In this document: positions 11,214 through 22,952 of the stretch, one piece after another
Layout of the letters: each line of letters begins with the position of its first letter
Numbering within the stretch: position 1 is the stretch's first letter
Assembly (NCBI GenBank): GCA_963664015.2
Contig: CAXXLF010000002.1
Span: 2,183,816 to 2,247,815 of the forward strand
Reading direction: 5' to 3'
Origin: Candidatus Binatia bacterium
GTDB taxonomy: Bacteria > Desulfobacterota > Binatia > UBA9968 > CAXXLF01
Length of the DNA: 64,000 bases
Made by a program: the position numbers and the translations under genes
The notes under the pieces: generated by a model
What the model was told of the DNA's origin: nothing
The model's input: only the letters and a program-made list of their open reading frames with translations
The model's database searches: none

Positions 11214-12913
11214 TCAAACGTATGCCTTGAGCACATACTGCTCGACCATGCGGTGGGTGTTGAAGAACGATCCATTAATGGCTAATGGCGATTGCGTTGG
11301 CATCACGTCGATAAAACTATCTCGGTCTTTATCATACATGGGAACGATCACCCCCTCCAGCTTGTCATAGAGAGAGATGGCGTCCCGTGAACGATCGTTT
11401 TTTTGGGAAGTGCGTCCGTTTTCGCCGATGGCCCATCCGGTGAAACCCTCTAGGCAGCCCTCGATCCACCACCCGTCGAGAATGCTTAGACTGGGAACCC
11501 CGTTTAAGGCGGCCTTCATGCCGCTGATACCGGAAGCCTCCATCGGAGGTTCCGGTGTGTTCAACCACAGGTCAACGCCACCCGTAATCAGCTTTCCCAG
11601 GGCGAGATCGTAGTTTTCCAGGTAAGCGATCTTAATATCTTTCTTGAGAATGTCTTGGGCCTGGACAATCTTCTGGATCATCTCTTTGCCTGCCTGATCT
11701 TGGGGGTGGGCCTTGCCAGCGTAGATCAACTGAATTTGATCGACCTTTGATGAAATCGTTTTGAGCCGTTTAAGATCGTGAAAGAGGAGGTCTCCCCGCT
11801 TGTATGCGGCTGCCCGCCGGGCAAATCCGATGGCCATCACATGGATATCCATCCCCACATTCGTTTCTCGGTTGACGTAGTGGAGTAACTGCTTTTTCGC
11901 CTCCACGTGGGCCCCGCAAACCTCTTCCCTGGGGATGTCCAGCGCATTACGGATGCTGGAATTGTCCGTCCGCCAGCTGGGGATAGTGCGGTCAAAAAGT
12001 TTACTAAACGGGTTCGTAGCCCAGGTCCCGGCGTGGATTCCGTTGGTGATGGCATCAATCGAATATCCGGAAAACATCTCCCGGGCCACCTCCCCGTTTT
12101 TCTTGGCCACTCCATTGACATAATGGCTCCAGTTGGGGGCGAGGTGGGTCATGTTGAGAAGGCGGTCGTAGCAAAAGATGTCCATCCTTTCGGTGAAGAC
12201 TTCGCGTTTGCCGAGGGCGCGTTCCACTAACTCGTTTGTAAATCGGTCGTGCCCCGCTGGTACGGGTGTGTGAGTAGTAAAAATGCATTTATCTCGTACC
12301 GCTTCGACGTCATCACGATTGATCGAATTCCTGCCTGCTTTCTTTGCCTCCTCTTCCAAAAGCTCCAATGTGAGCAGACTTGCGTGTCCCTCGTTCATGT
12401 GAAACCGTTCAATATCCTCATGGCCCAGGGCGCGAAGCATTTTTGTGCCGCCTATGCCCAGGACCGTTGCCTGGCAGAGCCGGTAGTACTGATCGCCACC
12501 GTAGAGATGATGGGTCAGCGTGCGGTCCCACTCAGTGTTTTCCGGAAGGTCCGTGTCGAGAAAGTACACAGGGATCCTGTAGCCACCGAACCCGGTGACC
12601 TCGTACTTCCAACACCGCAATTGGATGGTTCTGCCCTCCAGGACCATTGAGGCCCTCTGGGGCAGTCCCTCCAGGTAATCTTCCACCACCCACAACCCAT
12701 GGATTCTTCATGCTGCCATCCCTTGGCGTCCAGCTTCTGATGAAAGTACCCCTTGCGATGTAGCAGTGTCACGGCAACCATGGATACCTTTAGATCTGCC
12801 GCGGCGCGGATCGTATCGCTGGCCAGGACACCCAGGCCGCCGCTATAGGTGGGCATTCCCGCCTCGATTGCAATCTCCATGGTAAAATACGCGACTTTTC
12901 TAGCGTTGCCCAT
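11214..12913 (-). pseudogene. glgP: Alpha-glucan (glycogen) phosphorylase, frameshift near 12700
   Basis: [18 protein letters not shown] in 12515..12913; [51 protein letters not shown] in 11214..12695. Confidence 0.9.
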
Positions 12914-12988
12914 TTCTTCTCTTCGTGTACTTATTTAGTCGGGGGACCTAGTTTAGTTGGCCTAGTTGGAAGGTCTTTTGGGATGACC

Positions 12989-14668
12989 CTACGTAATCAC
13001 CGTTGCTCTGTCGCGGCCGCACCACTTTTTGAGCTCAAGCAAATCCACACCGGCTTTCACCAATGGGGCGAGAACTTGGCCCGCGTCTAGTTTGCCTCCG
13101 TCGTTTCGATAGCGTTCCACGTAAAGGCGCAAAATTGCCCCCTCGGTACCGGTCCCGGAAAGCCGGCACACCAAGCGCGAACCATCCTCAAGCAGAACCC
13201 TGAGCCCCTGGTGTTGGCTCACGGAACCGTCCACGGGGTCTGTGTAGCTGAAGTCATCGGCCTGAGTGACTCGACTTCCAGCCAGGGGAGTGCCGTTCAG
13301 GATGGAAAGTCGTTCCGCCAACGCCAACATCATCTGGTTTGCCGCATGGGTGTCCAGGCCTTCATAATCATGTCTCTGATAGTAGCACCGTCCGAATTGG
13401 CGCCAGTGATCCTTCACGACCTCGCTCACCGACCTGTGGGTCTTGGCTAGGATGGAAAGCCAGCAGAGAACCGCCCAGAGTCCGTCTTTCTCGCGCACGT
13501 GGTTCGATCCAGTACCGAAGCTCTCTTCGCCGCAGATCGTACACAGTCCCGCGTCCATCAGGTTGCCGAAAAACTTCCACCCCGTCGGCGTCTCGTAGCA
13601 GGGTATGCCAAGACTTGACGCAACCTTGTCCACGGCTGTGCTTGTAGGCATTGAGCGAGCCACTCCGGTAAGTCCGCCCCCATAGCCGGGAATACAGTCT
13701 CGAGCATACTGGGTAATGATCGCTAACGAATCCCCCGGGGTGACGAAGCAGCTCTTCCCAAGGACCATGTTCCGATCTCCATCCCCGTCACAGGCGGCGC
13801 CAAAGTCAGGCGCATCGCGACTATCCATACGGTTTACCAGCTTGCTTGCGTGAACTTGATTGGGGTCTGGATGGATGCCGCCAAAATCCTCCAACGGAGT
13901 GCCATTAACCACGCTCCCGGCTTGGGCCCCGAGGAGTCCCTCAAAAATATGGTGTGCATAGGGACCCGTTACCGCGTTCATGGCATCAAAGAGCAGACGA
14001 AAGCCGTTCTTGAACATTGTCCGTAAGGCCTCGATATCGAAAAGCTCCTCCATTAGTTTTACGTAATCGGAAACGGGATTGAAGACAACAACCCTTGTCT
14101 TATTTACAATCGTAACGCTTTCTCGATTGAGGTCGAGGTCCAGAGGGTCGGTGATTCGATATCGGTTGATACGCGAGCTACGACGAAAGATCGACTCGGT
14201 GACACCTTCGGGTGCCGGACCCCCATTCCGAATATTGTATTTGATCCCGAAGTCGGCCTCCAGACCGCCCGGGTTATGACTGGCCGAAAGGACTAGCCCT
14301 CCCAGCGCGCCATGGCGTCTGATCACAGCGGACATGGCAGGTGTCGAAAGGAGGCCACCGCTGGCAACCCATACCTGACCGAACCCGTTGGCTACGGCCA
14401 TCCTGAGTATCGTCTCGATGGCCGTCCGGTTATAGTAGCGGCCGTCACCGCCCACGACCAATATCTCCTTGGCGAATTCCACTTCTTCTTCGTGTACGGC
14501 GTCAAAGACCGACTGGGTAAAGTTCTCAATATAATGGGGTTGCACAAATACGCAGGTCTTTTTGCGTAGGCCGGAAGTACCCGGTTTCTGGTCGGCAAAC
14601 GGTTGGGTAGCAATATCCTGGATGTTCAGATCGCTCATGTGTTTTATCGAACTATTATAAGGGATCAT
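12989..14668 (-). CDS. pgm: Alpha-D-glucose-phosphate-specific phosphoglucomutase
   Basis: DQKPGTSGLRKK, SASHNPGG, DGDGDRN, CGEESFGTGSNHVREKDG, RLSGTGTEGA. Confidence 0.96.
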   Translation of the reverse strand: MIPYNSSIKHMSDLNIQDIATQPFADQKPGTSGLRKKTCVFVQPHYIENFTQSVFDAVHEEEVEFAKEILVVGGDGRYYNRTAIETILRMAVANGFGQVWVASGGLLSTPAMSAVIRRHGALGGLVLSASHNPGGLEADFGIKYNIRNGGPAPEGVTESIFRRSSRINRYRITDPLDLDLNRESVTIVNKTRVVVFNPVSDYVKLMEELFDIEALRTMFKNGFRLLFDAMNAVTGPYAHHIFEGLLGAQAGSVVNGTPLEDFGGIHPDPNQVHASKLVNRMDSRDAPDFGAACDGDGDRNMVLGKSCFVTPGDSLAIITQYARDCIPGYGGGLTGVARSMPTSTAVDKVASSLGIPCYETPTGWKFFGNLMDAGLCTICGEESFGTGSNHVREKDGLWAVLCWLSILAKTHRSVSEVVKDHWRQFGRCYYQRHDYEGLDTHAANQMMLALAERLSILNGTPLAGSRVTQADDFSYTDPVDGSVSQHQGLRVLLEDGSRLVCRLSGTGTEGAILRLYVERYRNDGGKLDAGQVLAPLVKAGVDLLELKKWCGRDRATVIT

Positions 14669-14972
14669 ACTTGGGGAAGCGAGCCGAATCCGAATTCGAT
14701 CGGGTTGATCCGGTTCCTTATTCCTTTTCTGTCTTTGTGGAATCGTTACCCATGGTGCGGCCGGGCATTGACCTCACGACTGAGAAGGTATTGACTGGGT
14801 GGGTTCGATACCCGGTTCCGTCACTGCGTATACAATGTAGTGAATTCGCGATAAACTGATTTATCCTAAAGAATATAACGAAGGGACCTCGGTGGCGGTC
14901 CGAAAACTTGCGGTCGGAACGCCCTGCGGTCTCTGCTTTGTGACGGGGTTGGTCACGGTTAGAGAGGAGTTC

Positions 14973-17045
14973 ATGATGGTTACCGGACAAACCAATATAA
15001 ACCACCTATGTATTAATACGATCCGGACTCTGAGCATGGATGCGGTCCAGGCCGCCAATTCGGGCCACCCGGGGACACCTATGGCCCTCGCGCCGGTGGC
15101 CTATTGTCTATGGCAACGTTTCCTGCGCTTCGATCCCGAAGATCCGATCTGGCCCAATCGCGATCGATTTGTCCTGTCTGTAGGCCACGCCTCGATGCTA
15201 CTCTATTCCATGCTCCATCTGACGGGAGTCCGGGCGGTCAACAATAAGTATGAGCCCCTCGATGAGTTGTCCGTGCCTTTGGATGCCATCAAGAACTTTC
15301 GTCAATTGGATAGCCGCTGCCCAGGACATCCCGAGTATCGCTGGACCTCCGGCGTCGAGACCACTACGGGCCCTCTTGGGCAAGGCGTGGCCAACAGCGT
15401 TGGGATGGCAATGGCTGGCCGTTGGATGTCGGCCAACTTTAATCGTTCCGGCTTCGAAGATCTCTTCGGTTTTAACGTTTACGCCCTCGGCGGAGACGGC
15501 TGCATGATGGAAGGCGTTTCCAGCGAGGCCGCCTCTCTGGCAGGGCACTTGAAGCTCGCTAACCTCTGCTGGATCTACGACAGCAACCGGATCACCATTG
15601 AAGGCAAGACCTCTCTTGCTTTCAGTGACGATGTAGCCGCACGCTTCGTTGCTTACGGGTGGAATGTGGCGCGTGTGGACGACGCCAACGATCTCGAGAT
15701 GCTCGAAGGCGCATTTCAAACGTTCCTCAAGACCGCTGACCGACCCACGTTGATCATCGTCGATAGCCACATTGGCTACGGTGCACCCAATAAGCAGGAC
15801 ACCCATGGGGTCCATGGGGAACCCCTAGGGGAGGAGGAGATCCGGCTAACGAAAAAGAATTACGGATGGCCGGAGAATAGCCAGTTTCTTGTGCCGGACG
15901 GTGTCTACAATCATTTCAAAGAAGGAATCGGCGCTCGGGGCCGAGCGCTCAGGGATGCCTGGTTTGAACGGATGAACGATTATAAGGTCAGGTATCCGGA
16001 TCTCGCCGACGCCCTCTTCAAAATGCAACACCGCCAGTTGCCTGACGGTTGGGACAAGGATCTCCCCACCTTTGCAGCCGATCCAAAGGGCGTGGCAACC
16101 CGGGAGTCTTCCGGGAAAGTTCTCAATTCGGTGGCCAGCAATATCCCCTGGCTAATGGGCGGTTCCGCAGATCTTACCCCCTCTACGAAGACACGGTTGA
16201 CCTTTGATGGTGCTGGCGATTTTGAGGCTGGGAACTATAAAGGGCGCAATCTGCACTTCGGTGTCCGAGAACATGCGATGGCTTCCATCCTGAACGGGAT
16301 GGCGCTCGTGAAGGTGCGTCCATTCGGTTCAGGTTTCCTGATCTTCAGCGATTATGCCCGTCCAGCCATTCGGCTAGGTGCCATGATGGAGATCCCTACG
16401 ATCCATATCTTTACTCACGACTCCATTGGGGTGGGAGAGGACGGCCCGACCCACCAACCGGTTGAGCACCTGGCCTCGCTCAGGGCTATCCCTGGTCTGG
16501 TCGTACTTCGCCCTGCCGACGCCAACGAAGTAGTAGAGGCATGGAAAGTGATCATGAATCTGCAACATCGGCCGGCGACCTTGGTGCTCACTCGCCAGGC
16601 GGTCCCCACATTGGATCGAACGAAGTACGCCCCGGCGTCGGGACTGGCCCGGGGAGGGTATGTCTTGGCGGACGCGGAGGACGGAAATCCGGAAGTCCTG
16701 TTGCTTGGAACGGGCAGCGAAGTCTCGTTGTGTGTGGAAGCCTATGAGCAACTCAAGGGGGAAGGGGTCCAGGGGAGGGTTGTGAGTATGCCCTCCTGGG
16801 AACTGTTCGAGGATCAGGAGGAAAGTTACCGTGACAGCGTGCTGCCGTCAAAGGTGAGGGCAAGGGTTTCGGTGGAACAGGCATCGACCTTCGGATGGGC
16901 TTGCTATACGGGAGACCACGGCCACCGGCTCGGGATGGGGTCTTTCGGAGCTTCAGCTCCGCTCAAAGATTTGCTAAAAAAGTTTGGTTTCACCGCTGAG
17001 GGTGTGGTGGCGGCTGCAAAGGCCGAGCTGGCGAGGGTGAAATAA
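14973..17045 (+). CDS. tkt: Transketolase
   Basis: SGHPGTPM, RDRFVLSVGH, GVETTTGPLGQG, GDGCMMEG, THDSIGVGEDGPTHQP; GAGGAG before ATG 14973. Confidence 0.97.
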   Translation: MMVTGQTNINHLCINTIRTLSMDAVQAANSGHPGTPMALAPVAYCLWQRFLRFDPEDPIWPNRDRFVLSVGHASMLLYSMLHLTGVRAVNNKYEPLDELSVPLDAIKNFRQLDSRCPGHPEYRWTSGVETTTGPLGQGVANSVGMAMAGRWMSANFNRSGFEDLFGFNVYALGGDGCMMEGVSSEAASLAGHLKLANLCWIYDSNRITIEGKTSLAFSDDVAARFVAYGWNVARVDDANDLEMLEGAFQTFLKTADRPTLIIVDSHIGYGAPNKQDTHGVHGEPLGEEEIRLTKKNYGWPENSQFLVPDGVYNHFKEGIGARGRALRDAWFERMNDYKVRYPDLADALFKMQHRQLPDGWDKDLPTFAADPKGVATRESSGKVLNSVASNIPWLMGGSADLTPSTKTRLTFDGAGDFEAGNYKGRNLHFGVREHAMASILNGMALVKVRPFGSGFLIFSDYARPAIRLGAMMEIPTIHIFTHDSIGVGEDGPTHQPVEHLASLRAIPGLVVLRPADANEVVEAWKVIMNLQHRPATLVLTRQAVPTLDRTKYAPASGLARGGYVLADAEDGNPEVLLLGTGSEVSLCVEAYEQLKGEGVQGRVVSMPSWELFEDQEESYRDSVLPSKVRARVSVEQASTFGWACYTGDHGHRLGMGSFGASAPLKDLLKKFGFTAEGVVAAAKAELARVK

Positions 17046-17048
17046 GGT

Positions 17049-17516
17049 ATGAAAGTCGCAATCGGTAGTGATCATGCTGGATTTGCATTGAAGGAGAAGT
17101 TGGATGTTCTGCTGCAGGGGGTGTTGGGACATGAGGTGGTCGATGTGGGCACTTATAACGGCGAACCAGTTGATTATCCCGATTATGCGAAGGCGGTTGG
17201 CGAGGCCGTGCTGGAGGGTAAAGCGGAGCGAGGAGTGCTCATCTGCGGCAGTGGAGTGGGGGCATCGGTGGCGGCCAACAAACTCCCAGGCATCCGGGCC
17301 GGTCTCTGTCATGACTCCTATTCAGCGCGCCAGGGTGTGGAACACGATGATATGAACGTCCTCGTGATGGGGGCCCGGGTTATTGGCGAAGCCTTGGCCA
17401 GAGAGCTTCTCCAGGCGTTTCTGGGTGCAAAATTTACCGGAGAAGAGCGGCACCGCCGGCGCCTCGAAAAGGTTATTGAAATGGAGCAAGGATTGGGCGT
17501 AAAGAAACGACCGTAA
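17049..17516 (+). CDS. rpiB: Ribose-5-phosphate isomerase B
   Basis: [28 protein letters not shown]. Confidence 0.96.
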   Translation: MKVAIGSDHAGFALKEKLDVLLQGVLGHEVVDVGTYNGEPVDYPDYAKAVGEAVLEGKAERGVLICGSGVGASVAANKLPGIRAGLCHDSYSARQGVEHDDMNVLVMGARVIGEALARELLQAFLGAKFTGEERHRRRLEKVIEMEQGLGVKKRP

Positions 17517-17613
17517 AAACGGGGAGGATTCCCTGATCGTAGAAATGACACTTTAGGTCGATTGGGCAAAAGTTAAATTAGAAGTTGCGCGTAAACGGTA
17601 AGGAGGAAGAGTA

Positions 17614-18537
17614 ATGACTGAGCGAGTAAAAGAGATTTTGAGCTGGTACGGCAGCGACAACCCGGGGACCCTAACTAACCTGGCCCGAATCCTCAACCAT
17701 GGTACTTTGGGAGGGACCGGCAAGTTTGTGATCCTCCCGGTGGATCAGGGTTTCGAGCATGGTCCGGCACGCAGCTTCGCTCCTAACCCGCCGGCTTACG
17801 ATCCGCGCTACCACATTGAACTCGCCTTGGAAGCGGGCTGCAACGCCTACGCGGCTCCCCTGGGATTTCTGGAGGCGGCAGCAAGGGAGTTTGCCGGAGA
17901 TATTCCATTGATCTTGAAGGTCAACAACCATGACTCATTAAACGATGAAAAAGACCCCCAGCAGGCCTTGACCAGCGGCGTCGCCGACGCCCTCCGGTTG
18001 GGATGTTGTGCCGTCGGGTACACGATCTACCCGGGGTCGGCCCATCGCTTTGATATGTATCAAACACTGCGCGCCTATGCGGAAGAGGCCAAGCGGAACG
18101 GCCTGTCTGTGGTCGTCTGGTCTTATCCACGGGGTTCCGGCCTGAGCAAGGAAGGTGAGACCGCTATTGACGTGACGGGCTATGCGGCGCAGATAGCTGC
18201 CCAACTGGGGGCCCATATCGTCAAGGTCAAACTCCCCAGCGGCCATCTCGAGCAGGACGCGGCGCGCAAGGTGTATGAAAAAGAAAAGGTCGCCATCGGG
18301 ACGGCGGCGGAAAGGGTGCGTCACGTGGTGCAGTGTGCCTTCAACGGGAGGCGTATCGTAATCTTTTCCGGTGGGCCGGCGGACACAGACGAAAAAGTTC
18401 TAGACGAGATTCGTGCTATCCACCAGGGCGGCGGCTTCGGTTCCATTATCGGGCGTAATTCCTTCCAGCGGAAAAAGGCCGACGCCCTTCGACTGCTGGG
18501 GACCGTCATGAACATCTATGCGGGGAAGGCGGGTTAA
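17614..18537 (+). CDS. fbaB: Class I fructose-bisphosphate aldolase (DhnA/FbaB type)
   Basis: ILPVDQGFEHGP, VVVWSYPRG, AAQLGAHIVKVK, GSIIGRNSFQR. Confidence 0.93.
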   Translation: MTERVKEILSWYGSDNPGTLTNLARILNHGTLGGTGKFVILPVDQGFEHGPARSFAPNPPAYDPRYHIELALEAGCNAYAAPLGFLEAAAREFAGDIPLILKVNNHDSLNDEKDPQQALTSGVADALRLGCCAVGYTIYPGSAHRFDMYQTLRAYAEEAKRNGLSVVVWSYPRGSGLSKEGETAIDVTGYAAQIAAQLGAHIVKVKLPSGHLEQDAARKVYEKEKVAIGTAAERVRHVVQCAFNGRRIVIFSGGPADTDEKVLDEIRAIHQGGGFGSIIGRNSFQRKKADALRLLGTVMNIYAGKAG

Positions 18538-18649
18538 CCAGCTGATCGAAATTGGTGAAAAGTCGCCGCGTTACCATCTTACTTACAGAAAAAATTTCGT
18601 ATTACCATCCCAGTTTTTTGTGGATCATAATGGGAAAGTGAGTACGTGT

Positions 18650-19523
18650 GTGCCTGACAATGGTCGAATTCGCGTCATAATTGAAGGTGTCAAGCCGGAA
18701 ATTGACGGTGGACGCTTCCTCTGCAAACGCGTGGTCGGGGAGCAGGTCGTCGTGGAGGCGGATATCTTTGCAGACGGTCATGACAGCGTGGCAGCGGTGC
18801 TTCTGTATCGAAAGGAAGACGAGGGGGACTGGACCGAAGTGCCCATGAGGCCTGTCATTAACGACCGGTACCGGGCGTATTTTACTGTAGCTGAAATGGG
18901 TCGATACCGCTATACACTCCAGGCCTGGGTGGATAGGTTCAATTCGTGGCGTCATGGCTTTGAGAAGAAGGTCGAGGCGAAACATGACGTATCCGTGGAT
19001 CTCCTGGCCGGGGCGGGGATTGTGGGAAAGGCAAGCGAACGGGCCACGGGGAGTGACAAGAAAGCCCTTGCAGTCTATGGGAACGCATTGGGCTCAAAGG
19101 CCAAGGATCGGGTGGAGCAGGCACTGAGCGAAGAGCTGGGGCATCTCATGGGTGAGTATCAGGACAGAAAATGGGCTGCCACCTACGAAAGAGAACTCAC
19201 AGTGATGGTAGAGCGCGAGAGGGCGCGCTTTAGCACCTGGTACGAGCTTCTCCCGCGCTCCCAAGGCGAATCAACACGGCACCTTTAAAGACTGCGAACG
19301 CTGGCTCTCATTCGTGGCGAGCATGGGCTTCGATGTCCTTTATTTTCCTCCCATCCATCCCATCGGGGAAACCTCTCGCAAGGGGAAGAACAATTTCCTG
19401 GATCCCGGTCCCGACGACGTCGGTAGTCCATAGGCCATCGGTTCTGATGAGGGGGGCCATAAGGCTATCCATCCCCAGTTGGGGACCTTAGCGGATAGTC
19501 CAGAAATCCCTTCAATTCCGTGA
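18650..19523 (+). pseudogene. glgE: GlgE maltosyltransferase remnant (frameshift, in-frame TAG at 19431, 3' truncation)
   Basis: RVIIEGVKPEIDGGR, EADIFADGHD, RARFSTWYELLPRS, then in shifted frame MGFDVLYFPPIHPIG..RKGKNN..DVGSP*AIG..GGHKAIHPQLGT, after which similarity ends. Confidence 0.9.
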
Positions 19524-19580
19524 TCTCCTCGCGGCTGATGCTGTGGATCCAGGCTCAAAGAGGAAGCAGGCCGCATCTAT

Positions 19581-20772
19581 CTATTTGCTGATGGTGATAG
19601 GAATGCCAACACCGCTGACGTCCGTTACCGTGGTTTGAAAGAGCGTGTTTAAACGAATAAAGCTTCTGCGGTCCGACTCGCTATCGCCCATCGAATAATA
19701 ACGCCCAACAAAGTTGACCCACGGCTTGTCGTCGCTGGGGGGGGTGAGTCGGTTACCTGAATAGCTAGGCTGTGGATCGGATTCCCACGTAACTCGCCGG
19801 TTCGGGGATCTTGGGCGACGTCGAATTCAGGGCTTTTGCGGATGGCAGAGGCGACAAACTCAAGCAACACCGCAAAACTCTGTAGCTTGATGCCGCCGAC
19901 GATGGGCCAGTCGCCGCCTGGATGACCGGGCCGGATATCCAAGAGAACAAAGTTTGAGGGGCTACTGCCTGCTAGATAGTTAAGGGCCCGGCGTTCAGTG
20001 TCCCCTAGCGTGTTCGGATCGTAATTCGTCACGGTAACCCGACCGGCGGTCTTCCTTGTCAATAGATGGCGGCCGTCGGCTGTCTGTCGCCATTTGAGGT
20101 TTCTGTCGATTGCTGTCACGATATCGCTCACCGTGGGTGGTTGGTCTTTAGGTCTTGTTATCAGGTTCTCCTCGAACACGAGGGTTCCGACAAACAGCTT
20201 GCGATTGTCATTGAGCCAGCGCAGGTGCATGACGATCCGACGAAACTCTTCATGCTCCTCCCGAACCGACGCCTCGTTGAGAATGAAGCGGTTAAAGGTG
20301 CCATCTACGTCCTGAAATTCAATTCCGCGCGCGGCAAGCCGCAGCACTCGATCAATGGTGGTTCCCTGAAAAACCACAAACTCAAAAGCCTCGTCCTGAA
20401 TCGGGGTTAGAAATCGTTCGGTGAACTCGCGGCCCGTTACGGGCACGATGCTAAACGTGGGGTTCTCGGAGGCACTTGTGCCTAGGGTTATGTCAAATAT
20501 GTTACGGCCACGGGGCCGGAATCAAATCGTCCCAGCATCCCGCCCGTTGCTGTCCAGTGAAAGGTGGCCGCCACACTCGAAGCGACCGTGAAATGGGGAG
20601 GGAGTTCGGCTTCCAGCCGGGCGATGTTGAGTAAAAGTATTTCACTCTCCAGCCGGCTAATGGTTTGGTCATAGCCAAGGACAGCCCGATGCAAGGCCAG
20701 CGGTCCTGCGCAAGCGCCTAGCATGAGGAACACGCTTAGACAACCGAAGAGCAATAATCGTATAGTAGTCAA
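19581..20772 (-). pseudogene. Uncharacterised putative lipoprotein, two frameshifts (~20510, ~19740)
   Basis: Lipobox-like LGAC; ILLLNIARL..PHFTVASSVAATF; ENPTFSIVPVTGREF bridges the two ORFs; tail GRYYSMGD..LFQTTVTDVSGVGIPITISK* in another frame. Confidence 0.65.
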
Positions 20773-21062
20773 ACTTGAAATGGAATTGAAATGATGCGAA
20801 GACCTGTCCGAATGCTGTAAAATGAGCTAACATAGTTCAACTCGCAGTTAAATGGAAAAAGTGTTACAGGGATCTTCTCGCGCAAATTTTAGTATCGATC
20901 GAGGTCGGGTGGCCGTTGGTGTAACCCGATGATCTTCAACCAATGTGTTTGAGTGAATGAAGTTGACGACTAACGTAACCATGAAGGCTGAATCTAGGTC
21001 AGATGCTGTCAACAGCCCTTTCTATGAGTTACAAGCTTAAGCAGTGCAATGACAGATAGCTC

Positions 21063-22893
21063 ATGATGTTTCTCCCACCGCCAGATGCCCATGCCGCTGC
21101 GGTCTTGATTTTGGTCTTAGCGGCGTTGATTCTATTCACGCGGGACCGTATCCCGATCGAATCCTCGAGCCTGTGCGTCCTTGCGGTGCTGACCGTTGGC
21201 TTTGAGCTGTTTCCATACCAGGGGCCCGACGGCACACTCCATGCGGTTGATTTTTTTACCGGATTTGGTCATGAAGCGCTCGTTGCTGTCTGCGCTCTCA
21301 TGATGGTTGGCCAAGGACTTGTCCGCACCGGCGCCCTTGAGCCCGTTGGGCGGATGTTGACACGCCTGCGGAAGTTTAGCCCCGCATTATCGTTGTTCCT
21401 GACGCTTGTGGTCGGGGCCCTCCTCAGCGCGTTCGTTAACAATACGCCGGTCGTCGTGTTAATGCTCCCCATCCTTGTGAGTGTTTCTCTTCGCACTGGG
21501 ACCTCACCATCAGCGAGTTTGATGCCCATGGGGCTGGCGACCCTTGTGGGCGGCATGTCCACTACCATCGGTACCTCGACCAACCTGCTCGTGGTCAGTG
21601 TGGCAGCGGATATGGGATTGCGTCGATTGCAGATGTTCGATTTCTTCTTCCCGGTGCTCGTTGCCGGGGGGGTGGGCATCGTCTATCTATGGCTGGTCGC
21701 CCCTCGGTTGCTACCCAAGCGCGAGACCCAACTGCACGACACCTCGCCACATATCTTTACGGCCCAGCTAGTGGTTCAAGAGGGTGGCTTTGCCGTGGGA
21801 AAAATGCTGTCCGAATGCAGGGAAAAGACCGGCGGCGCACTGCAGGTCGTTCACATCCAACGTCAAGCTAAGACGCAGATTGTTCCGCTTCCCGATGTCA
21901 CCCTGGAAGCAGGCGATCGGTTGCTCGTTAAAGACACACCGGGGAATCTTAAAGAGTTTGAACAGTTATTGGGGGCGGCGCTCTATGCCGGTGACGTGCC
22001 TGTCGACGAGGAACATCCACTGACGGCAAAGGATCAGCAACTCGCCGAGGTTGTGGTCGTGGAGGGCTCCCCCCTGGAAGGCCTTACCCTCAACACAGCG
22101 CGGTTGATCGACCGCTATCAGCTAGTGACCCTCGCGTTGCAACGGCCCGGTAGAGCCGTTGTGACCCGGCGCACGGACTTGCGCGACGTGTCGCTGCGCC
22201 CCTGGGGATATCCTATTGGTTCAGGGCCCCCGTGATAGTATCGCCGAACTCAAGCGCCTCAATGAATTGCTCGTGCTCGACGCCACTACCGACCTGCCTC
22301 ATACGATTAAGGCGCCGCTGGCATTGAGCATTATGGCGGGGGTTATACTCCTCGCCGCCCTGGGGGTCATGCCCATCCCTATCAGCGCGTCCCTCGGTGT
22401 ATTAGTGATGATTCTAACCGGTTGCCTCAACTGGCGCGATGCCACCCGTGCCTTGAGCACACCGGTGATTATGATCGTGGTTGCCAGTCTCGCACTAGGC
22501 ACGGCACTGCTGCGCACCGGTGGGGCCGAGTATCTGGCACAAGTTTTTGTTGCGCTCGTAGCGGGGCTCCCCCCGGCCGGGGTTCTCAGCGGGTTGATGC
22601 TGTTAATGGCCCTATTGACCAACATCGTTTCGAACAACGCCGCCGCCGTCATCGGTACGCCCATCGCCATCAGTATGGCGAAACCACTCAACCTTCCTCC
22701 GGAAGCTTTTGTGTTGGCCGTGATTTTCGGCGCCAATATGAGCTACGCGACGCCAATTGCCTACAAAACCAACCTGCTGGTGATGAGTGCCGGAAACTAT
22801 ACCTTCACTGATTTCATGCGTGTCGGAGTGCCGCTGACGGTGATTATGTGGTTGGTGTTTTCTTGGTTGCTGCCGGTTCTCTATGGGATATGA
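21063..22893 (+). pseudogene. SLC13/CitMHS-type permease with two TrkA-C (RCK_C) domains, +1 frameshift at ~22200
   Basis: LSAFVNNTPVV, GGMSTTIGTSTNLLV, LEAGDRLLV, LTNIVSNNAAAV, YATPIAYKTNLLVM; extra C in the LRPGDILL codons. Confidence 0.88.
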
Positions 22894-22952
22894 GAAATGG
22901 GGGGTGTTTGAATTCTGTACGAGAATCGGAGCAAAAGAACGGTCCCATAAAC

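Noticed and set aside
14795-14820. GGGTTCGATACCC T-arm-like motif in the pgm-tkt intergenic region
   Set aside because: No cloverleaf, acceptor stem or CCA around it
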